Shown: positions 40,091-49,673 of the stretch, piece after piece | Position numbering within the stretch: the stretch's first letter is position 1 | Layout of the letters: the number at the start of each line of letters is the position of its first letter | Assembly: GCA_965243025.1 (NCBI GenBank) | Contig: CBDETY010000003.1 | Location: 1,312,001-1,376,000 of the forward strand | DNA from: Candidatus Latescibacterota bacterium | Lineage (GTDB): Bacteria > Latescibacterota > UBA2968 > UBA8231 | Direction of reading: 5' to 3' | Length of the DNA: 64,000 nt | The notes under the pieces: model-generated | Seen by the model: only the letters and a program-made list of their open reading frames with translations | Databases searched by the model: none | What the model was told of the DNA's origin: nothing | Position numbers and translations under genes: made by a program

Positions 40091-41014
40091 TCAGCGAGGC
40101 TGGGCCTTTCTTTTTTTCAACCCCTCTCTGAGAAACAGTTCCCGGTTCGCAAAAGCTCCTGCCAGGGTCAGACCGCCGTCCACTGCGATCAACTGACCGG
40201 TCATGAACGGCAGGCGAACGAAGGCGAAGGCGGCCTCCGCTATTTCTTCGGCAGTGCCGATGCGGGGGATCGCCTGGGCCCCTCCTGCCGCCATCAGGTC
40301 ATAGGTTTCGGCCACCGTCAATTCGCTTCCGTCCGGATCGAACAATCCGGAAGGGCGGCCCGTCAGGGGAGTGTCGATTACCCCGGGACGCAGCGCGTTG
40401 ACGGTGATATTGCAGGGTCCTCCCTCGAGAGCGGCGCCGATGACGGCGTGGTTCAGGCCTGCCTTGCTTACGCCGTACGGAATGCGGGTCGACTCGGGGG
40501 CAACGTCCGAAATCGACGTGATGAAGAGGATGCTGCGGTGTGCCGGCGTACCGCCCCGGGCCTTTTCCGCCTCTGACTGGGCGATCATGTGCCGGAGTGC
40601 GCGCTGCGCGAGCCGGTAGGCCCCTTTCAAATTGAGGTCGAGGACACGTGCCATCTCCCCCTCGAGATGTTCAGGGGGACACTCGTGGAAGCGAAACCGC
40701 TGCAACTGGCCGCTGTCATCCTTGAGGTAGTTGACGATACCGCTGTTGCTGATGGCGACGTCGAGTCTCCCGAACCTCTCGAACGCCTCGTCGACGAGGC
40801 GGAACGGCTCGTCGGGCCGCGCGAGGTCGGCGCCGATGCAGAGGGTCTCGACTCCGTCCCGGGAACGGATCGAGGCGGCGATGTCTTCGGCCCTCTCGCG
40901 CCCGGAATGGTAGTTGATGACTACGTCGTACCCATGGCGGGCAAAGCAGCGAACCATGGCCTCCCCGATCCCGCTGCTGGATCCGGACACGAGGCATACG
41001 GGTCGGTCGGCCAC
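40091..41014 (-). CDS. Short-chain dehydrogenase/reductase
   Basis: SGSSSGIG, YGVSK, PGVIDT, GQLIAVDGG. Confidence 0.92.
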   Translation of the reverse strand: MADRPVCLVSGSSSGIGEAMVRCFARHGYDVVINYHSGRERAEDIAASIRSRDGVETLCIGADLARPDEPFRLVDEAFERFGRLDVAISNSGIVNYLKDDSGQLQRFRFHECPPEHLEGEMARVLDLNLKGAYRLAQRALRHMIAQSEAEKARGGTPAHRSILFITSISDVAPESTRIPYGVSKAGLNHAVIGAALEGGPCNITVNALRPGVIDTPLTGRPSGLFDPDGSELTVAETYDLMAAGGAQAIPRIGTAEEIAEAAFAFVRLPFMTGQLIAVDGGLTLAGAFANRELFLREGLKKRKAQPR

Positions 41015-41058
41015 GGTGGTATGTTCCGGCTGGGAAGCGCGACGAATGCGCTCGCCTT

Positions 41059-42057
41059 TCAGGCGAGCGCCGATTCCCCCCTCATCGAGCGGACCGTTTC
41101 GACGACCCGGTCGACGCTGGGGATAGTGGGCACCTCGAGGGAGGGACTGAAGGGAACGGGAACATCGGCAGCTGCGATCCGCATCACCGGCGCGTCGAGG
41201 AAATCGAAGGCGGACTCGCTGATCCGGGAGGCGATCTCCCCGGTGACTCCGTAGCGGCCTGCGCCTTCGTCGATGACGACGGCATACCCCGTTTTTTCCA
41301 CCGAAGCGACCATCGTTTCGGTATCGAGGGGGAACAGGGTGCGGGGGTCGACGACTTCGGCACTGATACCCTCGTTTTCCAGGGCCGCGGCCGCTTCGAG
41401 GGCAACTCCGACCATGCTCGAGGTTCCGATCAGCGTGACATCGCTCCCTTCGCGTCGAATCGCCGCTTCGCCGAACGGTATGGTATACTCTTCGCGAGGA
41501 ACGGGCCCGACGTCGTTGTACATCATCTTGTCTTCGAACACGAGCACAGGGTTGTCGTCGCGAATTGCCGTCTTGAGGAGCCCCTTGGCGTCTTCAGGAC
41601 AGGAGGGAACGGCAACCTTGAGACCGGGGATGTGGGCAAACAGGGCGTGCAGACTCTGCGAGTGCTGGGCAGCCGAAGAGCGGCCCGCACCCATCGAAAG
41701 GCGCACTGTCAGACAGACCTGGCACTGACCCCCGGTCATGTAGCGGACCTTGGCCGCCTGGTTTACCAGCTGGTCCATCGTCAACAGGGAAAAGTCGCCG
41801 AACATGAGTTCGGCAATGGGACGCATTCCCGTCATCGCGGCACCGACGCTTACTCCGATGTAGCCGGCCTCGGCTATGGGAGCATCGATCACCCGTTCAC
41901 CGCCGAATTCCTCGAACAGGCCCTCGCTGCATTTGAAAATCCCACCCGACTTTCCGACGTCCTCGCCGATGAGAAAAACAGTCTCGTCGCGACGCATTTC
42001 CTCCGCCATCGCCTCGATGACGGCCTCTCTGAAACTGATTTCGGCGGTTTCAGGCAT
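41059..42057 (-). CDS. TPP-dependent dehydrogenase E1 beta subunit (acetoin/pyruvate type)
   Basis: GEDVG, DAPIAE, AAQHSQ, FLDAPV. Confidence 0.95.
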   Translation of the reverse strand: MPETAEISFREAVIEAMAEEMRRDETVFLIGEDVGKSGGIFKCSEGLFEEFGGERVIDAPIAEAGYIGVSVGAAMTGMRPIAELMFGDFSLLTMDQLVNQAAKVRYMTGGQCQVCLTVRLSMGAGRSSAAQHSQSLHALFAHIPGLKVAVPSCPEDAKGLLKTAIRDDNPVLVFEDKMMYNDVGPVPREEYTIPFGEAAIRREGSDVTLIGTSSMVGVALEAAAALENEGISAEVVDPRTLFPLDTETMVASVEKTGYAVVIDEGAGRYGVTGEIASRISESAFDFLDAPVMRIAAADVPVPFSPSLEVPTIPSVDRVVETVRSMRGESALA

Positions 42058-43144
42058 AGATATCCTCAAAGGCCTGTTCGGGAGGGGGCAGCTCGGAATT
42101 TCGCCCGAACTCGACCGCTTCGACGACTTCGTCTTCGACCTGGTTTTCCAGCGCCTCCAATTCCGACCTGGTCGCCATCTTCCAGGCGATCATCTGCTCT
42201 CCGAGGCGGTGGATCGGATCCTTGTTCTGCATCCACCAGTCGAGTTCCTCCCTGGTGCGGTACCCGGCCGCGTCCCCCACGTGATGTCCTCGATAGCGGT
42301 AGGTGTCGGCTTCGATGAAGGTCGGGCCGTTGCCGCTGCGCGCTTTCTCCACTGCCTCGGAAACTCCGGTGTACATTTCGACGACATCGGAGCCGTCCAG
42401 CCGGACACCCTCCAGACCGAGTCCGGCGGCCCGCTTCACTATCTGGTCGACTCCGGTGACCTTTTCGAACGGGGTATGCTCGCCGTACTGGTTGTTTTCG
42501 CAGATGTAGATCACCGGCAGGCTCCAGATGACGGCCATGTTCACGGTCTCGAGAAGGATGCCTTGATTCGCGGCTCCGTCGCCGAAGAAACAGACGGCAA
42601 CCTGGCCCGAGCCGCGCATCTTGGCGGAAAGGGCGGCACCGGTGGCGATTCCGAAGCTGCCCCCGACAATGCCGTTGGCCCCGAGGTTGCCTCCGGAGAA
42701 GTCGGCGATGTGCATCGAGCCCCCCTTGCCGCGGCAGTATCCGGCTTCCTTGCCCATGATCTCGGCCATCATCCGGTCGAGGGCCGCTCCCTTTGCCAGG
42801 CAATGTCCGTGTCCGCGATGGGTGCTGGTGATGTAGTCCTCCTCGCCAAGAGCCGAACAGGCGCCGACTGCGACGCCCTCTTCCCCTATGTACAGATGCG
42901 CGAGCCCCGGCATCAGGCCGCGGGTGTACACGTCCCATACATGTTCCTCGAACTTGCGGATCTCCCACATCTTCCGATACATCGACCATGTCAATCCGGA
43001 TCCGATCTTCGCTGTTTTCCCCGGGCGGGGGGAACCGGAGCCCGGAATGGCGGGGGTGGGACTTTTCGAGTTTCCGCCTTTTTTCACCGGCGACTTGGCC
43101 GTCTTCCTTTTCCGGGCGGCTTTACTTTTCTGCTTTTGCGCCAT
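42050..43144 (-). CDS. TPP-dependent dehydrogenase E1 alpha subunit
   Basis: HLYIGEE, STHRGHGH, GKGGSMH, FFGDGA...ENNQY, YRYRGH. Confidence 0.95.
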   Translation of the reverse strand: MAQKQKSKAARKRKTAKSPVKKGGNSKSPTPAIPGSGSPRPGKTAKIGSGLTWSMYRKMWEIRKFEEHVWDVYTRGLMPGLAHLYIGEEGVAVGACSALGEEDYITSTHRGHGHCLAKGAALDRMMAEIMGKEAGYCRGKGGSMHIADFSGGNLGANGIVGGSFGIATGAALSAKMRGSGQVAVCFFGDGAANQGILLETVNMAVIWSLPVIYICENNQYGEHTPFEKVTGVDQIVKRAAGLGLEGVRLDGSDVVEMYTGVSEAVEKARSGNGPTFIEADTYRYRGHHVGDAAGYRTREELDWWMQNKDPIHRLGEQMIAWKMATRSELEALENQVEDEVVEAVEFGRNSELPPPEQAFEDIYA

Positions 43145-43306
43145 GGTCGTCTGAGACGCCGCTCCCGAGGCGTTTCGTGTGGAGTTGTGCGACAAGCCGG
43201 GAAAGATAGACGCCGGTTGCCGAAGGCGTCAACACGGCCGGCCCCGCGGAAATCACCGGAGCTCGTCCCCCGTCCTTCGGGGTAATGGCCGGGGCCGGCA
43301 GGCACG

Positions 43307-43338
43307 AAAAAGGGCGGTGGCAAGTTGCCACCGCCCTT
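43307..43338 (-). terminator. Intrinsic terminator after the ferredoxin gene
   Basis: 13-bp stem AAGGGCGGTGGCA/TGCCACCGCCCTT with a T-run on the minus strand. Confidence 0.8.
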
Positions 43339-43360
43339 CGTTCGACCAACTCGTCAAAGG

Positions 43361-43612
43361 CTACTTGTTCTTGAAATAGTTGGCGTTGATCTCGATATAG
43401 CTGTTCCACTCTTCGGGGAGATCTTCCTCGGCGAAGATCGCTTCTACCGGGCACTCCGGCTCGCAGGCCCCGCAGTCGATGCACTCGTCCGGGTCGATGT
43501 AGAGCATGTTGACACCCTCACCGTCCGTGGGATGGATGCAATCGACGGGACAAACCTCGACACAGGCCTTGTCTTTTACATCGATGCACGGCTCGGCGAT
43601 GACGTACGTCAT
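43361..43612 (-). CDS. 7Fe-type (3Fe-4S/4Fe-4S) ferredoxin
   Basis: [26 protein letters not shown]...[12 protein letters not shown]. Confidence 0.95.
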   Translation of the reverse strand: MTYVIAEPCIDVKDKACVEVCPVDCIHPTDGEGVNMLYIDPDECIDCGACEPECPVEAIFAEEDLPEEWNSYIEINANYFKNK

Positions 43613-43672
43613 TTATTCCCTCCTGCTACTGTCAAATTTCCCTCCCGCGACGAAAAAACACTGTACAGTCCG

Positions 43673-43701
43673 TATATACAGACGGCAAAAAGAACTGTCA
43701 A
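43673..43701 (-). promoter_or_regulatory. sigma70-type promoter of the ferredoxin gene
   Basis: TTGACA-17 bp-TATATA on the minus strand. Confidence 0.5.
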
Positions 43702-43823
43702 GAAAACGGAAACAGGCGCCATACCCAGCCGCTCTGGACAGGGCGATTACCGGGATTCGCCGGCCGCAGGGTCACCGTGGAAGGGGAAACCATTGAGGAT
43801 TTCAAAACGGCGAATGGGCCGTA

Positions 43824-44402
43824 TCAGGCGCGGCGAACGTTTTCCAGCAACGTGTCGACGTCGAAATCTCCGGCAACCTTGACCCGCAGGTTGAAGCGCT
43901 GCCCGGGGTCGGGATCGCGGGCGATGGAAACCTCCGCCCCCGTATACATGCTGCCGAGAACGGAGCGGAAATGCGGTTCCAGCACCGCAGCCGTTTCCTC
44001 GGTGTTGGGTGCGTTGAGCCGGTCGTTGACAGTCAACAACAGCTCGTCACCGCGAAAGCGCAGCTTCCCCGCGAATTCCGACTCCCGTTCCAGCCTTCGG
44101 CATGCCTGAAGTGCGGTCACCAGGACGGAGCGAAGGCGGTCCTCGATTTTTCCGTCGACTTCTCTCTTGCGGGAGCAGTACAGCCCGAAGCGGCGGTCGG
44201 TGCGGTCGAGAGCGTAGTTGTGCTCGTGCCCGACAAGCAGTGTGCCGGGTCCGTCCGGAACATGGCTGTAGTCGGCGACGTCGACCAGGGTTTCGCCGCT
44301 CGTCTCCGGGATCCAGGCGTTGAAGACGCGGAAGGCATCTTCGGCGCTTATCGAGGATTCATCCTCGAGATAGAACTTGATCTCGATGCGCTGCAGATCC
44401 AT
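43824..44402 (-). CDS. Hypothetical protein coupled to the nitrite/sulfite reductase
   Basis: 192 aa; 6 bp downstream of the reductase; DVADYSHV motif. Confidence 0.8.
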   Translation of the reverse strand: MDLQRIEIKFYLEDESSISAEDAFRVFNAWIPETSGETLVDVADYSHVPDGPGTLLVGHEHNYALDRTDRRFGLYCSRKREVDGKIEDRLRSVLVTALQACRRLERESEFAGKLRFRGDELLLTVNDRLNAPNTEETAAVLEPHFRSVLGSMYTGAEVSIARDPDPGQRFNLRVKVAGDFDVDTLLENVRRA

Positions 44403-44408
44403 TTCCGC

Positions 44409-46664
44409 CTACACCGTTTTCTCGGCCGTGGTGCTGCGGTCGTAGCAGGCGTAGGCGGCCTCGATGAAGAGCCCTGCTTCTTCGATGGCCCTGAAGGAGA
44501 CCTCCTCGCCGATATCGGTTGCGGCCGTTTCATGCATGCGCAGCAGGTAGCGCGCGAACTTGTCCTTTGCGTAGGTGTCGAAAAACAGTTCGGTATCGAC
44601 GAAGCGTTTGCGGAACTCTTCGACGACGACGTCCGCGTCTTCAGGCACGTCGAGCCACTGGCTCTTCACCAGTGCCCTGGCGGCGTGGACCATGGACCTG
44701 AAGGCAGTGCCGTAGGCCTTTTCGAAATCGCCGTCGTCGTGATGGATGTGGGCCTCGAACAATTCCCGCTCGCAGGCGGAGAGTTCGAAATAAGCCAGGG
44801 GCACCACTTCGCCCGCGCACTCCCCCTTGCCCATGTCGCCGGTGGTGAATTCCCGGGTGTCTCCCCAGTCGCGGTAGAAGGAGGAGTCCTGTTCGTACGC
44901 CGGAACCGGCGTCAGGTCCTCGAGCATCTCCTTTATTTCGCGCTTGCCCCGGCGGCCGATGAAGGACTGGAAGCTCTCGCCTCTTTCCCGCTCCTGCACG
45001 TAGCGCTCGGTCAGCCGCGTGACGACGGTGGGCACGTTCTTCGAGGGGATCGCGACCATGGGGAGTCCGAAGGCACCGGCGTTCTCCCTCCACATGCCTC
45101 CGAGCACAACCTGGAAGTGAGGCACGGTGATGCCGCCGATCTTGCGGCTGATGCCGTAGAACCCGAGATCGGCGGTATGGTGCTGTCCGCAGGCGTTGAA
45201 GCAGCCGCTGATCTTTATGTGCAGGTCTTTAACCGCTTCGTCGAGGTTGTGGTAATTCTCGGCAAGCCGCTTGCGCAGCTCGCCCGCCAAGCCGCGAGAC
45301 GAAGCGATCCCCAGTTTGCAGGTGTCGGTGCCAGGGCAGGCGGTCACGTCGACCACCGTGCCGGCGCCGCGGCCGTGCAGCCCCAGTTCCCTCAGCTCGC
45401 CGTAAAGGGCGGGAAGGTCCGCCTCGCGGACCCAGCGGAGGACGATATTCTGCTCGACAGTGGTTCGCACCGTGTCCTTGACGTAGCGGCGGCAGATGTC
45501 GGCCAGGCCCCGCAGCTGGTTGGAGGTAATGTCCCCGAGAGGAAGGTAGACGGTGGCGACGGCATACCCCGGTTGCCGCTGCTGGTAGACGTTGGTCTCG
45601 TGCCATTCGGAAAAACCTTCGGGGGCCTCGGCGCCGTTGAGTGCAGCCCCCGGCTTCAGCCCCTGTTCGTCGTGCGAGTGCATGTCCTCGATATACTCGC
45701 TCCAGCGCGGGTCATGCGGCAGCGTCTTGCGCTCCTCCGCCACGATGCGCTTGAACTCGTCGATGCCCAGCTTGGCAACCAGGAACTTTATGCGCGCCCG
45801 GGCGCGGTTGTTCTTTTCCCCCAGGCGGGCAAACACGCGCGAGATCGCCTGGGCAGTCGGCAGCAGCTCCTCGACGGGAAGGAAATCGTCGAACAGCTTC
45901 GCCTGGTGGGGAACCGCCCCCAGGCCTCCCCCGACGTACAGCTCGAAACCGCGTTTCTCGACGCCGTCGACGACCCTCGTAACCGCTATCCCCCCCAGGT
46001 CGTGGAGGTTCGTCAGCCCGCAGGCCTCGTGTTTGCATCCCGACAAGGCCGGTTTGAATTTGCGGCCGAAATCCTGAACATCCGGGTGGCCGAGGAGGTA
46101 CTTCGACAGGGCATTCGCATACGGGGTCACGTCGAAGGCTTCGGTGCGGCACACTCCGGACAGGGGGCATGCGGTAACGTTGCGCACCGAGTTGCCGCAC
46201 GCCTCCCGCGTCGTGATTCCAACCGAAGCGAGACGCCGCATGAGGTCGATGGTATCGTCGATGTGAACGTAGTGGAGCTGCACGTCCTGCCGGGTCGTTA
46301 TGTGGCAGATCGCGTCGGAGTATTCCTCCGCGGTGTCGGCGAGCACGTCCATCTGCTCGGTGGTCAACCCGCCGTAGGGGATCTTGATGCGCTGCATGCC
46401 GGGGGCGTGCCAGACGGTGTTGGGGCCCTTGGTCTTTTCCTCGGGATAGGAGAGCTCCTGGGTCTGAGAACCGTCGAAGCGCTGCCCGTTGTCGTAGCGT
46501 TGGCCGTACACCCCGCGCCGCAGGCGGGTTTCGGCAAAGATCACCTCGTCTAACTTGCCCTGCCTGCGCAGTTCGAGCTGGGTTTCGAACTGGTCGATTT
46601 CAGTACCGAGCGCCTCCGGAATCCGATCCCCGAGTTGCTCTTTCCAGGTTTTCGGTTCACTCAT
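44409..46664 (-). CDS. Siroheme nitrite/sulfite reductase with a C-terminal HEPN-like domain
   Basis: HITTRQDVQLH, RKFK, ACPGTDTC, SGCFNACGQH; helical C-terminal extension. Confidence 0.92.
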   Translation of the reverse strand: MSEPKTWKEQLGDRIPEALGTEIDQFETQLELRRQGKLDEVIFAETRLRRGVYGQRYDNGQRFDGSQTQELSYPEEKTKGPNTVWHAPGMQRIKIPYGGLTTEQMDVLADTAEEYSDAICHITTRQDVQLHYVHIDDTIDLMRRLASVGITTREACGNSVRNVTACPLSGVCRTEAFDVTPYANALSKYLLGHPDVQDFGRKFKPALSGCKHEACGLTNLHDLGGIAVTRVVDGVEKRGFELYVGGGLGAVPHQAKLFDDFLPVEELLPTAQAISRVFARLGEKNNRARARIKFLVAKLGIDEFKRIVAEERKTLPHDPRWSEYIEDMHSHDEQGLKPGAALNGAEAPEGFSEWHETNVYQQRQPGYAVATVYLPLGDITSNQLRGLADICRRYVKDTVRTTVEQNIVLRWVREADLPALYGELRELGLHGRGAGTVVDVTACPGTDTCKLGIASSRGLAGELRKRLAENYHNLDEAVKDLHIKISGCFNACGQHHTADLGFYGISRKIGGITVPHFQVVLGGMWRENAGAFGLPMVAIPSKNVPTVVTRLTERYVQERERGESFQSFIGRRGKREIKEMLEDLTPVPAYEQDSSFYRDWGDTREFTTGDMGKGECAGEVVPLAYFELSACERELFEAHIHHDDGDFEKAYGTAFRSMVHAARALVKSQWLDVPEDADVVVEEFRKRFVDTELFFDTYAKDKFARYLLRMHETAATDIGEEVSFRAIEEAGLFIEAAYACYDRSTTAEKTV

Positions 46665-46788
46665 GGGAATGTCTCCCCTGGTCCTGCAGTGGAGTTGGGT
46701 CGCCTTTCAGCGGCTGACAACCGAAGCCGTGAGAGGGGTCCCCGGCCGAATGAAAAGCGGAGCTGATCCTGCGCTGCTTCAGATCGGT

Positions 46789-46818
46789 ACGTTAAAGCGG
46801 CGGGTCCTGAAATGTCAA
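46789..46818 (-). promoter_or_regulatory. sigma70-type promoter of the reductase
   Basis: TTGACA-18 bp-TAACGT on the minus strand. Confidence 0.45.
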
Positions 46819-46876
46819 CCGCCGGGGTGAGGGAGAATGGCTGTCGACGGCCGCCGGTTTCAGGGACAAAGGGCGA

Positions 46877-46905
46877 TTGACACCCCGTTGGGGCTCTGGT
46901 ATTAT
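46877..46905 (+). promoter_or_regulatory. sigma70-type promoter
   Basis: TTGACA-17 bp-TATTAT with an extended TG. Confidence 0.65.
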
Positions 46906-46977
46906 GGACGCCTGTTCACCATATCGACCCGTTGCAGGACCATCCCTCCGGTCGCCGCCCGCCGACACCGAACTCGA

Positions 46978-48402
46978 ATGTCCCAGCCCCTGAGTTATCC
47001 AGAGCCGCCTGAAAACCTGCGCCGCGGCGGCCTCTGGGCATGCATGAAATACTTCGGACCGGGAGCGATTATCGCCTCGGTCACCATCGGCAGCGGAGAG
47101 ACGGTTTTCGCCTCTCGCGGCGGGGCGGTGTTCGGATACGCATTGCTGTGGTGCTTCGTCGGGGGCGGCATCATGAAATTCGTCCAGGTCTACAGCGCCG
47201 CCCGCTACATAACGCTGACCGGGGAGCATCCGATCGAGCGCTGGAAGCACCTGCCGGGCCCGGGCAGCTGGGCGGTGTGGGTCCTGGCGGTCGGTACCCT
47301 GCTCTGCTTTCCACTGTGGTTGTCGGGGCTTCCGAAGATGCTCGGCGGCCTCACGGTCTGGATATTCGATCTCGGAGAACAGCAGGTGTGGGGGGATCCG
47401 CGCGTCTGGGGAACCGCCTTTGTCGCCGCCGCCATCACCATGACGATGGTGCAGAGCTACGCGCTGCTCGAGCGTCTCCAGACCGTGATCGTCGGCCTTC
47501 TCCTCATCTTCATCCTGATCGCCCTCTTTGCCACCGATCCCGACTGGCTGGCGGTGGCATACGGCACTCTCGTGCCGGGCATTCCCGGGTATCAGCCCTG
47601 GCTGATGGAGAAGTACCCCGAAGTGGGGTCGCGGTCCCCCTGGATCGAGCTGGGTACCTATCTCGGCGCCATCGGCGGCGGCACCCAGGATTATTTCGGC
47701 TACATCGGGATGCTGCGTGAGAAGGGCTGGGGACTGCTGGGCAATCGGGTGGTCGGCGACTCCTCCGGAGTCGCGTTGAACAAGGACCCGGACAACCTGG
47801 CCAGGGGGCGGATCTGGCTGCGCGCACCTCTCGTCGATTCTCTCGGCTCCTTCGCCTGCATAGTCCTGTTCACGATGGCGTTCATGATACTCGGCGCCGT
47901 CATCCTCTATCCGCAGCAGATCGTTCCCTCCGGCCTGCAACTGCTCTCGGTTCAGGCGGAATTCCTGACCCAGCTCCATCCCCGCCTGCTCTACCTCTAC
48001 CAGGCCGGCGTCTTCATCGCTTTCATGGGGACGATCATGGGAGCCTACGAGCTGTACGTGCGCACCACCCACGAGTGTCTCAGGCCTGTGGTTGCCAGGG
48101 TCAGGGACATGCCGTTGTCGGAATTGCGTGTATGGGTGGTCGCCTACTGCGGTTTTGGCGGTGTCGCCATCATGTGGCTCGGGGGCAATCCCGTTGCGAT
48201 CGTAACGCCGGCGGCGATTTTCGGGGGCGTTCTGACGTGTGGTCTCTGGTGTCTGTTGATGGCCTGGACGGACCGCCGCTTCCTCCCCCCGGAATTGCAG
48301 ATGAAGCGGTCCCTTCTCATTCTCAACATCGTCTGCGGCCTGTTCCTGCTCGGGTGGGGTGTCCAGAGCGCGTTCGATTTTGTCCTGTCCCTGGCAGAGT
48401 AA
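46978..48402 (+). CDS. Nramp/APC-family membrane transporter
   Basis: FGPGAIIASVTIGSGE, FGYALLW; many hydrophobic helices. Confidence 0.85.
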   Translation: MSQPLSYPEPPENLRRGGLWACMKYFGPGAIIASVTIGSGETVFASRGGAVFGYALLWCFVGGGIMKFVQVYSAARYITLTGEHPIERWKHLPGPGSWAVWVLAVGTLLCFPLWLSGLPKMLGGLTVWIFDLGEQQVWGDPRVWGTAFVAAAITMTMVQSYALLERLQTVIVGLLLIFILIALFATDPDWLAVAYGTLVPGIPGYQPWLMEKYPEVGSRSPWIELGTYLGAIGGGTQDYFGYIGMLREKGWGLLGNRVVGDSSGVALNKDPDNLARGRIWLRAPLVDSLGSFACIVLFTMAFMILGAVILYPQQIVPSGLQLLSVQAEFLTQLHPRLLYLYQAGVFIAFMGTIMGAYELYVRTTHECLRPVVARVRDMPLSELRVWVVAYCGFGGVAIMWLGGNPVAIVTPAAIFGGVLTCGLWCLLMAWTDRRFLPPELQMKRSLLILNIVCGLFLLGWGVQSAFDFVLSLAE

Positions 48403-48443
48403 GGTTGCAGGGGTCCCGACTGCCGCGGGCCGCGATTGAGCCA

Positions 48444-49655
48444 TTGAGCACTCCGCCCCAGATCTGGGATGCCGTAGAGGGAATCATCGGCACCTCCATG
48501 AGGATCAGCCTGGCGGCCACCGGCGGGGGGAGCGTCGCGGTTCCGTGGCTGGTGAACCACCCGGGCGCCTCCGGCGCGGTTGTCGAGGTGCAGGTGCCAT
48601 ACCACGGCGGGGCTCTTCAAGACTTCCTGGGCATCTCGCGATCCCTTCCCGTCAGTGAGGAGACAGCGCGGCTGATGGCCCACCGCGCTTACCGGCGGAC
48701 TGTGGAACTCGTCGGTGGAAGTCAGACGGACGGTCCTGTTTCCGACTGCATCGGGGCAGGCTGCACCGCCGCGCTCGCAACGACGCGCCGCCGGCGAGGG
48801 GAGGACAGGGCCTGGATCGCGGTGCGCTCCGGCGATGCCTACGAGACCCTGGCAATCGAGTTCGAGAAAGGAAAGGCAGACCGCCTCGATCAGGAGGATG
48901 TGCTCGGCAGGGAACTGGTTTTCTCCATCGCCCGGGCGTGCGAAGTCCCGGTTCCGGCTTCCACCGGGGCGGAGTCCTGGTGGAAGCTCCGCCGCGGCCG
49001 CCATGCCGTCGTGGCGGAGCTCGAAGAGGTCATGTGTGGAGAGCGGGAGGTAGCCGTCTGGCCGTCCCCGATCGATGACAGCGGTGAGCTCGCAAAACCG
49101 TCCCCATCCGGCCGGTACCTGCTTCTGTCCGGGTCCTTCAACCCTCAGCACGAGGGGCACCTGGAGCTCGTTCGGGCCGGGGGGGAGTTGAGCGGACTCC
49201 CGCCGATGCTGGAGCTTTCGATCGCCAACGTCGACAAACCGGAGTTGGCCTACGCCGAAGTCCTCGCCCGGCTGGCCACAACGTCACTGCCGGTATTCGT
49301 AACCAGGGCAGCCACTTTCGTTGAAAAAGCGCGCCTGTTTCCCGGCTGCGGTTTCGCGATCGGTTACGACACCGCGGTGCGGCTCCTGGATCCGGCCTAC
49401 TACGGAGGGGATGGAGCGGCCCTGTCCCGGGCCCTGTCCGAGCTCGAACGCTCTTCGTGCCGATTCTACGTAGCCGGCCGGGTGCAGCAGGACCGGTTCG
49501 CGACCCTGAAAGACCTCGAGCTTCCCCGGCGCTTCGCGCATCTCTTCGTCGAAGTGCCGGAAACCCTTTTCCGCAGCGACATCAGCTCGACTTCGATCAG
49601 GGGAATCCGGGTCGGAACGGGGATAGATGCCGGTGAGGGATCCGCAGCACCCTGA
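48444..49655 (+). CDS. CinA-like N-terminal domain plus HxGH nucleotidylyltransferase (NadD/cytidylyltransferase-like); start uncertain
   Basis: ATGGG...PGAS; SGSFNPQHEGH; IGYDT; DISST. Confidence 0.8.
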   Translation: MSTPPQIWDAVEGIIGTSMRISLAATGGGSVAVPWLVNHPGASGAVVEVQVPYHGGALQDFLGISRSLPVSEETARLMAHRAYRRTVELVGGSQTDGPVSDCIGAGCTAALATTRRRRGEDRAWIAVRSGDAYETLAIEFEKGKADRLDQEDVLGRELVFSIARACEVPVPASTGAESWWKLRRGRHAVVAELEEVMCGEREVAVWPSPIDDSGELAKPSPSGRYLLLSGSFNPQHEGHLELVRAGGELSGLPPMLELSIANVDKPELAYAEVLARLATTSLPVFVTRAATFVEKARLFPGCGFAIGYDTAVRLLDPAYYGGDGAALSRALSELERSSCRFYVAGRVQQDRFATLKDLELPRRFAHLFVEVPETLFRSDISSTSIRGIRVGTGIDAGEGSAAP

Positions 49656-49673
49656 GAACCTGGTGGAACCCGC

